Below are positions 7,448-16,388 of a DNA stretch of 64,000 nucleotides, one piece after another; the stretch's first letter is position 1, and every line of letters begins with the position of its first letter. The translations under genes and the position numbers were made by a program. This stretch comes from a virus. The stretch lies in IMG/VR virus record IMGVR_UViG_3300022864_000001, positions 32,001 to 96,000 of that record. One strand, given 5' to 3'. The notes below the pieces were generated by a model that saw nothing but the letters and a program-made list of their open reading frames with translations, did no database searches and had not been told where the DNA came from.

Positions 7448-9322
7448 ATGCATGCAGCAAGTTTGAGATTATTCAATGCCATTCAAGTGCGAAAGCGGGA
7501 GCCACTAGCCGTCCCACGGGGCGTCCTTGAGAGGACTATCAAGAACGGCTACATCCTTGATCCTGCAATCGAACCAAGCCCCGACCTGCTAAATACTATT
7601 GAGGGCATTGTGGGCATCTCTGGGGAGAAGGCCAGCGCTACCTTCCACAAATCTTGGGCAGTGGTGAGAGACAGCCCAATAGAGGTGCTTGTTTTGCAAC
7701 AGATATTCCATTACATCACAACCTATGGGTTTGAGGCACTGGGGGTGTACAGTGAAGATACCGTCTATATCCCCCGTGAGGCGCTGGAGCTCCCGGACAT
7801 TCAAGAAAACATCCCCCTCATTGTCATCAAGGCAATGACCGCCGGAGAGTTGTTGGATGTCACCGTTGGCCTGGGCTCGTCTGGCGTTGCCCTGATGCAA
7901 GAGACACTGGACGACATCATGGCCATCATTGAGGCTAACGAATACGACCCCGCTTTCATCGCCAAGATTACCAACCGCGAATTGAAGACCCTGCTCCTTG
8001 ACTTCTACCATGTCGTACCAGATGAACCAGTAGAGTACCTGCGCTGGCTGATCAGTAAGTTGACCGGGGAATCTCTACTGATTAAGAATGACTACCTCAT
8101 TAGCAAGATCAAGGATGCCAACGGAAAGTTCCTTGATCTATTGCTGGAGGACGCGCCTGACGACCTAGCCTCAATCTTCCTGCGCTACAAGCCGCTGTTC
8201 CTGGCGTTGAAGTCAATTTCCAAGGCTAAGCGCGGCTTTTTCAATCGCCTGCGGAAAGATGCGCGAAAGATGCACAAGCCACTGACGCCAGACTACCTGA
8301 ACAGCATCACGGCCCAAATCAAGCGCGGGGAATTGGATTTGACTACCCTGAAGCGCAGGTTAGAGACCGCAATTGTCTGGCGCAAGGCCCGCCTAGCCTG
8401 CGCCCTGCAATTCCGCCTCAATGCTGGCAATTCCACCATCTACCGTGTGCGTAACGGGCGTGGGTGGGCAACGGACTTTGAGTGGCCCGCTGACAAGGCA
8501 GAAACCGTCCAAGCTGTACTGGCCTTGGTCTTGGCCTCCATTGCCAATGACATTCGCCTGAACGTGGAGGGAAAGACCATCTACATTCCTGCTGATGTGG
8601 GCTATGCCCTCCCCGCTACAGAGAAGCAGTTCACTGGGCATTTCCCCAACGGGAGTTACGTTGCTGTTCCAGAGGATATGATTGTTGGTGTCCACTGGAC
8701 GAACACTGAGAACCGAGTAGACTTGGACTTATCAGTAATCAGCGCGTCGGGCAAGGTTGGTTGGGACAGTTCCTACCGAACTAGTTCCAGGGACGTGTTG
8801 TTCTCCGGGGACTTGACTGACGCGCCCAAGCCCAACGGTGCTTCTGAGCTATTCTACCTTCAGGCGGGGCAAACTCAAGCCAATGTTGTGATGTTGAATT
8901 ACTACAACTTCAGTGGCGGCGACCAGGTAGAAGCCAAGGTTCTGGTAGCGCATGATAAGCCAGATGTCTTTGACAAGAACTATGTAGTGGACGCAAGCAA
9001 CATTATTGCATCTGCCAACGTTAACATCGCGCAGAAGCAAAGCGTTCTGGGCCTAATCATCTGTGTCAACGCCAAGAACCGCTTTTACTTCGCCAACGCG
9101 AGCATCGGCAACTCCATCACATCTAGCAGCGGAGAACAGTCTGGACACGCACGGTCATTCCTAGTAGACAGCTTGGTGAACTCTGTGGGCCTTGGGGCAA
9201 TCTTGACAGCGGCTGGCGCGCACGTCGTTAATGAGAAACCTGGCGGAGAGTATTTGAACCTTGCCCCAGAGGCGCTGGATAAGACAACAATTCTAAATCT
9301 GCTTGGGGGGGGCAATGAGTGA
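7448..9322 (+). CDS. 624-aa protein with helical N-terminus and C-terminal TerD-like domain
   Basis: GAAGGAG RBS; TFHKSW..QQIFHYITTYG; VGVHW..VDLDLS..VGW..FSGDLTDAP..GASE resembles TerD-like stress-cluster proteins. Confidence 0.7.
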   Translation: MHAASLRLFNAIQVRKREPLAVPRGVLERTIKNGYILDPAIEPSPDLLNTIEGIVGISGEKASATFHKSWAVVRDSPIEVLVLQQIFHYITTYGFEALGVYSEDTVYIPREALELPDIQENIPLIVIKAMTAGELLDVTVGLGSSGVALMQETLDDIMAIIEANEYDPAFIAKITNRELKTLLLDFYHVVPDEPVEYLRWLISKLTGESLLIKNDYLISKIKDANGKFLDLLLEDAPDDLASIFLRYKPLFLALKSISKAKRGFFNRLRKDARKMHKPLTPDYLNSITAQIKRGELDLTTLKRRLETAIVWRKARLACALQFRLNAGNSTIYRVRNGRGWATDFEWPADKAETVQAVLALVLASIANDIRLNVEGKTIYIPADVGYALPATEKQFTGHFPNGSYVAVPEDMIVGVHWTNTENRVDLDLSVISASGKVGWDSSYRTSSRDVLFSGDLTDAPKPNGASELFYLQAGQTQANVVMLNYYNFSGGDQVEAKVLVAHDKPDVFDKNYVVDASNIIASANVNIAQKQSVLGLIICVNAKNRFYFANASIGNSITSSSGEQSGHARSFLVDSLVNSVGLGAILTAAGAHVVNEKPGGEYLNLAPEALDKTTILNLLGGGNE

Positions 9323-9560
9323 ATCTACTCCCTATCTAGGCCAAAAGGTTGTCTTGAACACATTGTTGTGCGAGGGTGATTTCCTGGGCGAGATAGTTGA
9401 AGTGCGCCCCGAACTCTTGCCCTACCCCCGTATGTGTGTTGTTAGGCTAGAATGCCAAGAAGCTCCTGTTTCTGGCGTGTTGTATTATGCTGAACGGCCA
9501 GAAGAGGTTTTAAATGTGTTGTGGCAAGTGTGTTGGCCTAGAAGCGAGAAGGGAGAGTAA
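9315..9560 (+). CDS. hypothetical protein
   Basis: ORF overlapping the upstream stop. Confidence 0.55.
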   Translation: MSESTPYLGQKVVLNTLLCEGDFLGEIVEVRPELLPYPRMCVVRLECQEAPVSGVLYYAERPEEVLNVLWQVCWPRSEKGE

Positions 9561-9561
9561 A

Positions 9562-9840
9562 ATGGACGAACGCGTGTGTGAGATATGGTTGCGAAACGAT
9601 GGACGTAATGAGCGCGTAGCCTCTTTGGCATATTGCCCTGGGGGCCCTCCAGAAATAGAGGTGTCGTTTAATCTGCGGACGTGGCGCCACCTAATGCTAT
9701 TGCTGGTGCTAGGTGCGCGATATGTTCTGAGCTGCAAGACCCGATTTGTCCTGCGAGACGAGCTGGTTATAGGCCGCGAGCAGGCTGGGCGGATTGCTGT
9801 ATTCCTAGGCAATTTCTTGGCGGATACACTAGTAGAGTAA
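9562..9840 (+). CDS. hypothetical protein
   Basis: GGAG RBS. Confidence 0.5.
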   Translation: MDERVCEIWLRNDGRNERVASLAYCPGGPPEIEVSFNLRTWRHLMLLLVLGARYVLSCKTRFVLRDELVIGREQAGRIAVFLGNFLADTLVE

Positions 9841-9859
9841 AGTCTTTGTACAAAGACTT
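9840..9859. promoter_or_regulatory. palindromic operator-like site, copy 2
   Basis: AAGTCTTTGTACAAAGACTT perfect 20-bp palindrome. Confidence 0.65.
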
Positions 9860-9876
9860 ACAAGGAGAAGAATAAC

Positions 9877-10125
9877 ATGAGGCCGAAATGTTGGTATCAC
9901 ACACTTCCCGGCGTCATTGCAGCCATGGGTTGGATGAGCATTTTCGTTTATGCTATGCTACGCGCCTTGTCGGGCCATTGGTGGATGATAGTGGCGACAC
10001 TTACCATTACACTATTGGCAGGCGCTTTCAACACGGCCATAGCAATGCAGGCCCAACAGAAGAAGGGGGCTGTCAAGAAGAGGCCGTCGGTTGTCCCATT
10101 GCTACGGCGGCCAGGGACACATTAG
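9877..10125 (+). CDS. small two-TM membrane protein
   Basis: AAGGAG RBS; two hydrophobic helices, basic tail. Confidence 0.6.
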   Translation: MRPKCWYHTLPGVIAAMGWMSIFVYAMLRALSGHWWMIVATLTITLLAGAFNTAIAMQAQQKKGAVKKRPSVVPLLRRPGTH

Positions 10126-10154
10126 CATAAAGTGTAAAGTTTGCCCGCGTACAT

Positions 10155-10421
10155 TTAATCTTGGCCTTGTGATACGTCGCGCACAAGCCAAAAGACGCGA
10201 CGCTCTCGCCCCTTTACGTATCTCAGGTCAGTAGCCAATTTCCCCTGCTTGACACCCTCGTTCAATCGCGTACGCCCAACAGACGGGGATAGCCTCTCGC
10301 CCGTCTTCTCCTCAACCCGATCCAGCCACTGGTCAATAGTATAGCTGTTGGGCGGGGCTATGCGGGGCGAGTTTAGCGCTATGATTTGGTCGAGTTCGTC
10401 TGTCCAAGCGTCTGGGTTCAT
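10155..10421 (-). CDS. hypothetical protein (possible winged helix)
   Basis: GGAGG RBS, ATGA coupling to the phosphoesterase. Confidence 0.6.
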   Translation of the reverse strand: MNPDAWTDELDQIIALNSPRIAPPNSYTIDQWLDRVEEKTGERLSPSVGRTRLNEGVKQGKLATDLRYVKGRERRVFWLVRDVSQGQD

Positions 10422-11317
10422 CCTCTATTCCCTCCAATTACTTCATGCCTGCGCAGGTCGTAGCGCTTGATTAGGGGTTCGACGCGTGCTATCTTCCCGT
10501 CCAGAATCTCTATAACCCACATCCCGACTACCAAATCGGAGGGGCTTTGCGCTACTTTACGCGCATGGCTACTGAGGCCACACATAGGCGGGAGAAGAAG
10601 CAACCAGGACGAGTGCATAACTTCTAGAAAGTAAATGGCCCTGAATTCGGGCGGAATAAATATGTGCCTATGCGCTCGCAGGAAGACTTTAGGAGGCGTC
10701 TTGCCACTATGGAGCAATTTGAGCATCGTGTCGCGCAGGTAAATGTTTCCGACATTCCCCTCCAGCCACTTCCTTTTGCCCGCTGAGGGCCCGTGGTGTG
10801 CGGCGTCGAAGGTGGCCCCGCCGATAGTCAGCACCGAGTGTGGGGTTGTTTTGATGTCACAGTCAGGGAATTCCAGCCGTAGCCTTTCAGCCACCAGTTT
10901 CTCAGTCCCCCCCCCCAGTGTGTGAACCCCCGTGCCAAGTACAAGCCGCATGGCCTCAACGTTGGAGATGGTAGTAAGCCAGGGGCGCAGGTTGGCCGTA
11001 GCGAGGCGGATTTGGTCGACGATGTCTACACACATAAGTTCGTCGACGTATTTGTTCCCGTGCGTTAAATCCCCGGCGTGAGACACTACTACTGGGTCAT
11101 CCTTGGCGAACCCCCGAACCCAGTCTATGCTCTGCGCGTAGAAGTCATATAAGCTGTGCTGGAATTTCGTCAGTGACGGCCCTCGCACACCAGGGCCATT
11201 AGGGTCGTCATCGCCAAGCACAGCTGACGGATTAGCCAAACACAGCCTGTGACCAGCATGGCTGTCAGCTAGGGCAACGTGAATGGTACGCATGGAATCT
11301 CCTTGTTGGCTAGACAT
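10418..11317 (-). CDS. calcineurin-like metallophosphoesterase
   Basis: ADSHAGH, GDLTHG, GTGVH, AHHG, RAHRH metal-binding motifs. Confidence 0.8.
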   Translation of the reverse strand: MSSQQGDSMRTIHVALADSHAGHRLCLANPSAVLGDDDPNGPGVRGPSLTKFQHSLYDFYAQSIDWVRGFAKDDPVVVSHAGDLTHGNKYVDELMCVDIVDQIRLATANLRPWLTTISNVEAMRLVLGTGVHTLGGGTEKLVAERLRLEFPDCDIKTTPHSVLTIGGATFDAAHHGPSAGKRKWLEGNVGNIYLRDTMLKLLHSGKTPPKVFLRAHRHIFIPPEFRAIYFLEVMHSSWLLLLPPMCGLSSHARKVAQSPSDLVVGMWVIEILDGKIARVEPLIKRYDLRRHEVIGGNRG

Positions 11318-11345
11318 TCATAGGGCAACGCGGTTTTACATTGCT

Positions 11346-11374
11346 ATTATAGCACACGCGGGGAATCTTGTCAA
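11346..11374 (-). promoter_or_regulatory. sigma70-type promoter
   Basis: TTGACA-17-TATAAT with TG on the minus strand. Confidence 0.8.
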
Positions 11375-11415
11375 ATGCGGGAGGGCACAAGGTGTAGTGT
11401 TCCCGCGAGGCCACT

Positions 11416-11601
11416 CTACTGTCTGTAGAACGCGTAGTACCAGAACACAGAAAACGTACAGGGGATCAGGCCGAATGTCGTAATGATAACCGGCATGGGC
11501 CAATCTCGCGCTAATCCCGCGTAAGTTAGGGCAGAGAACGCTGCCGCCAGCAGCCAGCACACCCCTGCCCGCCTCCTCCGTTGCCTATGTGGCATCAACA
11601 T
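11416..11601 (-). CDS. small two-TM protein (holin-like candidate)
   Basis: Basic N-terminus and two hydrophobic segments. Confidence 0.45.
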   Translation of the reverse strand: MLMPHRQRRRRAGVCWLLAAAFSALTYAGLARDWPMPVIITTFGLIPCTFSVFWYYAFYRQ

Positions 11602-11645
11602 GTTTTACCCCTGGGCTACGCCCTTGATGGCCGCGCTCAATTCCT

Positions 11646-12377
11646 CTACGCGCCCATCCCGCCGCCGTTGAGTAGCTTGATGAGCTTCTTTTCGACCCCG
11701 CCAATCCTTTCCGCTTGCTCCCCTTGCTCGCTCAGCATCCGGTCCATCCGATGTCCCATGCTGCTCATCTGCCGGCCCAGGTCGTCGAACCTGTCCATCA
11801 TGCGGCTCTCGCTATGTGCCACAGTGACGTCCGTGCCTGGATAGAATGCCGGTATCTGGAGCGAGTCCGTCAGCGTCTCCATCTGCTCCTGAGCGATTTG
11901 GTGGGCCCCGCGCAGGTCTGCGCCGTTAGAGAAGGCACGGACAAACTCGACATCGTAGATAGCTGCACCGTCATCGTCGACAGCGGTAGGCATAGCGATG
12001 ACGGAAAAGCCTGCCCTATTGATCTCCTCTGCCAAGCTGGTTTGCGTGCGCCTGCCGTGTCTGGCGCTGTTGCAGGATGACAGCAACACCACCTTTGGGT
12101 TGGCGGCAGAGATATACCGCGCCAGCCAGTGCGATGTTAAGCATCCATCGGCCACAAAAAACTTGCCCGGTTCACCATGCCCAGCGAACAGGAGTACGTC
12201 GCGGCCCTGCTTCAGCCTGGTCTGCACCCTGCTTCGGGTCACGTTCTTACCCACGAGGACATCCAGCGTGACGCCAGGCATGTCCCCAATTTGGTCAATC
12301 TCGTCCCACGTATTGAGTTTCGGCAAACCCTCAACTTCCGGGGCAATAAAGAGAACTTTCATGTTGTTGTGCCTCAC
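11646..12377 (-). CDS. CHAT (caspase-like) domain protein with C-terminal coiled coil
   Basis: LLFAGHG and VLLSSCNS His/Cys dyad motifs; VIAM..VDD..A..F..A. Confidence 0.75.
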   Translation of the reverse strand: MRHNNMKVLFIAPEVEGLPKLNTWDEIDQIGDMPGVTLDVLVGKNVTRSRVQTRLKQGRDVLLFAGHGEPGKFFVADGCLTSHWLARYISAANPKVVLLSSCNSARHGRRTQTSLAEEINRAGFSVIAMPTAVDDDGAAIYDVEFVRAFSNGADLRGAHQIAQEQMETLTDSLQIPAFYPGTDVTVAHSESRMMDRFDDLGRQMSSMGHRMDRMLSEQGEQAERIGGVEKKLIKLLNGGGMGA

Positions 12378-12721
12378 TACTCAATCGGTGGTGCAGCGCC
12401 CAGATACTCGGTACTGCACCAGCCACCGTTATCATCCCAAACCACGAATGACCAACCGTCATCGCGGTCGCACCACACCTCTACCACTTGCCCAGAGGCA
12501 ATAGAATGAGTGATCTTTACCTCTGGGCTTAGGCTTGGGAACTCGCGCACGTTCAGCGCGTCAGCCATTACAGTACGTATAGCTAATGGTATCTCCACGT
12601 CTACCAGAACATCAATGGCAGTCTCTTGTGCCTCGGCAAACGTTACCTCCGGCTTGTGCGAACACAACAGCGCAGCGAAATGGAGAACTTGATCGTTCAC
12701 CTGAGCAACTTTAGCAGCCAC
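12377..12721 (-). CDS. SH3b-domain protein
   Basis: ALNVREFPS..I..GQVVEV..GWSFV..GWCSTEYL. Confidence 0.75.
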   Translation of the reverse strand: MAAKVAQVNDQVLHFAALLCSHKPEVTFAEAQETAIDVLVDVEIPLAIRTVMADALNVREFPSLSPEVKITHSIASGQVVEVWCDRDDGWSFVVWDDNGGWCSTEYLGAAPPIE

Positions 12722-13236
12722 AGTACGAATCTCCGCAGGAGTAGTCGCAACCAGCCTGACCCGTCTACAATCTGGAAGACCATGAACAGAGGCCCTGCGT
12801 GGTTCGTACCGCCCAACATCCCTACACCAGCCAGGCCATCAGACGGATAAGATGGGCTGAGCACCCATACTGTATGAGGCCCACCCACCTCTAGGTCGTC
12901 GATGTACGATCCTGCCCCGATACCAAACCCGGTATGGCCGTTGCTGTTCGTCGTTTGCACACAGGCATAGTCTTTCCATAGAGTTTGGAGCCCGCCATCT
13001 CTCAGGTCTCTTAGCGTATCATCGGGCCAGTGATTCGCGATCGGTTGATCAGTCACGGGAAAGCCCTCTACGCTAAACACCTGGGCCTTGATGAGCGCAG
13101 GGCCGATAGTCTCGTGTATCTCTGTAAGGGCAAACTTGACCCTGCCAGGGGCTTCCAGGACCCTTACGTTGCCATACCGGGCCTGTAACCAAAGCAAATC
13201 CCTCTCTGCGCCACTTGTATCAAACACTTTCAACAT
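12697..13236 (-). CDS. hypothetical protein (lysis-region)
   Basis: GAGGAG RBS; amphipathic basic C-terminus. Confidence 0.6.
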   Translation of the reverse strand: MLKVFDTSGAERDLLWLQARYGNVRVLEAPGRVKFALTEIHETIGPALIKAQVFSVEGFPVTDQPIANHWPDDTLRDLRDGGLQTLWKDYACVQTTNSNGHTGFGIGAGSYIDDLEVGGPHTVWVLSPSYPSDGLAGVGMLGGTNHAGPLFMVFQIVDGSGWLRLLLRRFVLWLLKLLR

Positions 13237-13441
13237 TCTCTATCTCCTCCTCTAGTCTTAGAAGACGTTCCCACATAGGCAACAGTGTGATGGCTGCCAA
13301 TGGGACAGACCCGGCGGTAATGACAACAACTATGCCATCAGTTACAACTCTATCCAGCCACTCATCAAATTGCTCCTCAAAATCATCGAATTCTACACTA
13401 TACTCATTCACGTCAATCTCCCATGGGCCAGCATCTAACAT
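13220..13441 (-). CDS. hypothetical acidic protein
   Basis: ORF fills the gap between neighbouring genes. Confidence 0.4.
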   Translation of the reverse strand: MLDAGPWEIDVNEYSVEFDDFEEQFDEWLDRVVTDGIVVVITAGSVPLAAITLLPMWERLLRLEEEIENVESV

Positions 13442-16121
13442 CGCCCGTGTTTAGGTCTATCTCGCATCGCAGGCGCAAGACATTGCTTATTGGCGTTTCT
13501 GTTGGCACGCTAGTTGGCGTGTTTGTTGGTACACTAGTTGCAGTCGGGGTGCTCGTATGCGTTGGGGTGCTTGTTGGCGTATACGTTGGAGTGCTCGTAT
13601 ACGTTGGAGTGCGCGTTGGAGTGCTCGTTGGCACGCTAGTTGGCGGGACAGCGACTCTCTGCACCAACACAGCCCAATCGCTCGTAGGAGAATGCGGCGG
13701 GCTCAGCGATCGGCCTACTATCTCCGGCGTGCCCACAAATTGCCCTGTGCGTGGATTGTACCACCTTGCCTCAAACGTACCCAGTGGCAAGTTGAGGCGC
13801 AGCGTGCCGCCCAATGGCAAGTATAGAGCGTAGACCTCGCCGTGCTTGGCGAATACTTGCCCGTCGCCAGTCAATAGACTGTCAGCGGGTGTCATCTCCC
13901 AGAACGGCAACAGATCCATGAAGTCGCGGGCATAGCCTGCCCAGAGCCACAGGTCGTCATATATGCTGAAATTGTCCGTCTGCAGGAAGCTGTCAAGAAT
14001 GAACTCAACGTGTCCGCCTGACAACAGAATAGGCCATAGTATCTCGCGTCGTTGGTCGGCCATGTTATCTGGTGTTGTTACGCGCAGTTCGTCCAGACAG
14101 ATAGGCAACGCTCTACCTGATTGCTCCGTCAGTTCTCGCCACTTCTCCACCTCCCCTGTTCCTTGCCAGAATTGCAATGACGTTGTACTGAAGAGTGGAT
14201 CGCCCAGGAACGGTCGCCACGCAGGGTCGGGGTCATAACTATTGTGCACCGTAATCGGGTGATCATAGGGATCAAGTGCCTGTATCCATGCTGCCCATTC
14301 CTTCACCGTATCCGGTGTCAGCGGCAGGTCGTAGTTGTACTCTTCGCAGATATTCCACTGTAGAGCCAGGTGATGTCCGAAGCGTGCAACCAGCTCGCGG
14401 TAGAACAGCTTGCGCTCCACGCCCAACGTAGCGTTGTCCAAATATCTCTTGTTGGCCTCCTCCGCTTCATTCAGAACAACGTGCAGCATGATACCACGCG
14501 ATTGGGCGTGGTCGAAGATAGACTCCCATCGTTCCAATTCAGAGACGTTATAGCGCAACTTGTCGTTGCCGACAAATGGATGGGTGTCACCGTCTCCGTC
14601 GCCGCCGATGTTCATGGGCAAGAAGTAGATACTATTGACGCCATTGTTAGCAAGATAGTCCAACGCCCCCTGTGGCCCGCCGTGTGCTGTGAAGTCGTGT
14701 GCCAGGAAGTTTTCTGGTGAGCCTGTGCCCGTTTTGACAAAGTAATCGCCATCTCGATACTTGAGATAGTACCCGCCAACGTATTCTAGACGACTAGGGC
14801 TATTGCTTGGTTCTACCAGGAACGTCCCTGTCTGCCCATCGAAACCAACGGATGTTCCCGAATTGGGAACAACTGCGACTCCAGCCCCCTTACGGAAGCT
14901 CACCCGATACGCCCACGTACCAAGCTCGTCAGGGCTAAAGCGCACCTTCCAGGTGTTGTTATCGGCGTAGAAACCAGGCACAACATACTGACTGGACGGG
15001 CCAGTAAACGTCACGTCCAGACGATAATCTAAGAACGGATTGCCTGTCGGTTGGGCAGTAAACTCCAGTTCCAGCTTATTCCATTTGCCTACAATATTGT
15101 TTGGGGGTGGCGTAGGCATAGAGTCTTCCATTGCAGCATCAAAAGCGGCAAAGCCGGGCCACTGCGAGGCTGCTGTGAGCGTCTCCCCCCCCTGGAAACA
15201 CAAGAAGTCAGCTTCGGGTAATGCCCAGGCCGCGAGGTTGTCAAATCTCTCATTGAGCCAGTTACCATTGGCATCTTTCAGCAAGTCTGGATGTCCTATC
15301 TCGTATCCGAAACGACCGTCACGTGATTGGAACAGTTCGCCATAGGCCATATTAGACCTGTGCCGGATTTCATCTTTCCCATCCCCTACGTTGTCGGGAT
15401 CTAGTCCAGCCCACTTGAAACACACCCTGTCATTATTGGCAAAAGTGTTTACGAGGTGCTGGTCGGTATCCATCCGTCCTAACTGTACCATGATTGGCAC
15501 ATCTAGGTTCTGGAGGTACAGCTCTACCAACCCCTGTGTCGCTATAGCGTATGCGCTATCGAAGCCGTCTATGCCATAATAATCAGCGAGGTGTTGTTCC
15601 ATGTCGCATCGAAAAAGCTGTGTTTCGCCAAAAGCGCCGCCCGACATGGTTACAACGCCCGCTGCGCCACCCAAGTGCCCGTTGAGGGCTTGTAACAACA
15701 GTTCTAGCCTGTGCATATAAACAGGGTCAAACGGCGCGAAGATACCGTTCTGGTTGTTAGAACACGTCCCCGTATGCCATACCGCCCCCATGTCTACGAG
15801 CCAACTGGGCGCTTTGGGTACGTCGTATAGGTCTGCCCCCTCGGTTTGAATGGACAACCATACTTGTACGTCTGGATGACTATCGAGGAGATTGTCTATT
15901 CCGCTGAGGTCATAGCGACCAGGTTCGGGTTCGAGCTCACGCCAAAAAACGCCTTTGTTCATACACGTCTCATAGCCCCAATCCACACTGGTGGGTAATT
16001 TGCCCGGAATCCAGTGACATGCGCCTATGCCACTGACCGCGGGCGTATCATTGAGCGGGGCTATATTGCAGGCTGCCAGCAAGAATATAGCTACGATAGC
16101 CGGCCAGATGCGGCGCTTCAC
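13413..16121 (-). CDS. lipoprotein with tandem glycoside-hydrolase-like domains (GH-A-like, DUF5060/DUF4038-like, collagen-binding-like) and PT linker
   Basis: Lipobox LAAC; WRELEPEPGRYD; NPFLDYRLDVTFTGP..VPGFYA..WKVRFSP; WNICEE; ARWYNPRTG; Pro/Thr repeats. Confidence 0.8.
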   Translation of the reverse strand: MKRRIWPAIVAIFLLAACNIAPLNDTPAVSGIGACHWIPGKLPTSVDWGYETCMNKGVFWRELEPEPGRYDLSGIDNLLDSHPDVQVWLSIQTEGADLYDVPKAPSWLVDMGAVWHTGTCSNNQNGIFAPFDPVYMHRLELLLQALNGHLGGAAGVVTMSGGAFGETQLFRCDMEQHLADYYGIDGFDSAYAIATQGLVELYLQNLDVPIMVQLGRMDTDQHLVNTFANNDRVCFKWAGLDPDNVGDGKDEIRHRSNMAYGELFQSRDGRFGYEIGHPDLLKDANGNWLNERFDNLAAWALPEADFLCFQGGETLTAASQWPGFAAFDAAMEDSMPTPPPNNIVGKWNKLELEFTAQPTGNPFLDYRLDVTFTGPSSQYVVPGFYADNNTWKVRFSPDELGTWAYRVSFRKGAGVAVVPNSGTSVGFDGQTGTFLVEPSNSPSRLEYVGGYYLKYRDGDYFVKTGTGSPENFLAHDFTAHGGPQGALDYLANNGVNSIYFLPMNIGGDGDGDTHPFVGNDKLRYNVSELERWESIFDHAQSRGIMLHVVLNEAEEANKRYLDNATLGVERKLFYRELVARFGHHLALQWNICEEYNYDLPLTPDTVKEWAAWIQALDPYDHPITVHNSYDPDPAWRPFLGDPLFSTTSLQFWQGTGEVEKWRELTEQSGRALPICLDELRVTTPDNMADQRREILWPILLSGGHVEFILDSFLQTDNFSIYDDLWLWAGYARDFMDLLPFWEMTPADSLLTGDGQVFAKHGEVYALYLPLGGTLRLNLPLGTFEARWYNPRTGQFVGTPEIVGRSLSPPHSPTSDWAVLVQRVAVPPTSVPTSTPTRTPTYTSTPTYTPTSTPTHTSTPTATSVPTNTPTSVPTETPISNVLRLRCEIDLNTGDVRCWPMGD
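13490..13650 (-). repeat. Pro-Thr linker tandem repeats (12/18-bp units)
   Basis: Repeated GTTGGAGTGCTCGTATAC-like units. Confidence 0.75.
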
Positions 16122-16288
16122 TGTGCTTCCTCTTGCGGCGCTTCTTTCTGGCGTCGCAATTCGGCCAGCTCTTGTAACGCCCGCGCCAATACTTGTGTAG
16201 CCTGCCCCGCCGCGTCATGCGCCTCGCGGTTCATCTGCGTCCGTGCAGCGATGCTGTCTAGGATCTGAAGTGCCTGCAGCTCATTCAT
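16118..16288 (-). CDS. small helical hypothetical protein (56 aa, absent from the ORF track)
   Basis: MNELQALQILDSIAARTQMN..; AGGAG RBS; GTGA coupling. Confidence 0.6.
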   Translation of the reverse strand: MNELQALQILDSIAARTQMNREAHDAAGQATQVLARALQELAELRRQKEAPQEEAQ

Positions 16289-16330
16289 GTTATTCTCCTA
16301 TCAAATTGTATTTGCGTACTTTCTCGCGAC

Positions 16331-16359
16331 AGTTTACCATAAACTTGTGGGCCTGTCAA
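16331..16359 (-). promoter_or_regulatory. sigma70-type promoter
   Basis: TTGACA-17-TAAACT with TG. Confidence 0.65.
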
Positions 16360-16388
16360 GCCACAAGATTGTCATCAGCCTACAAGCC

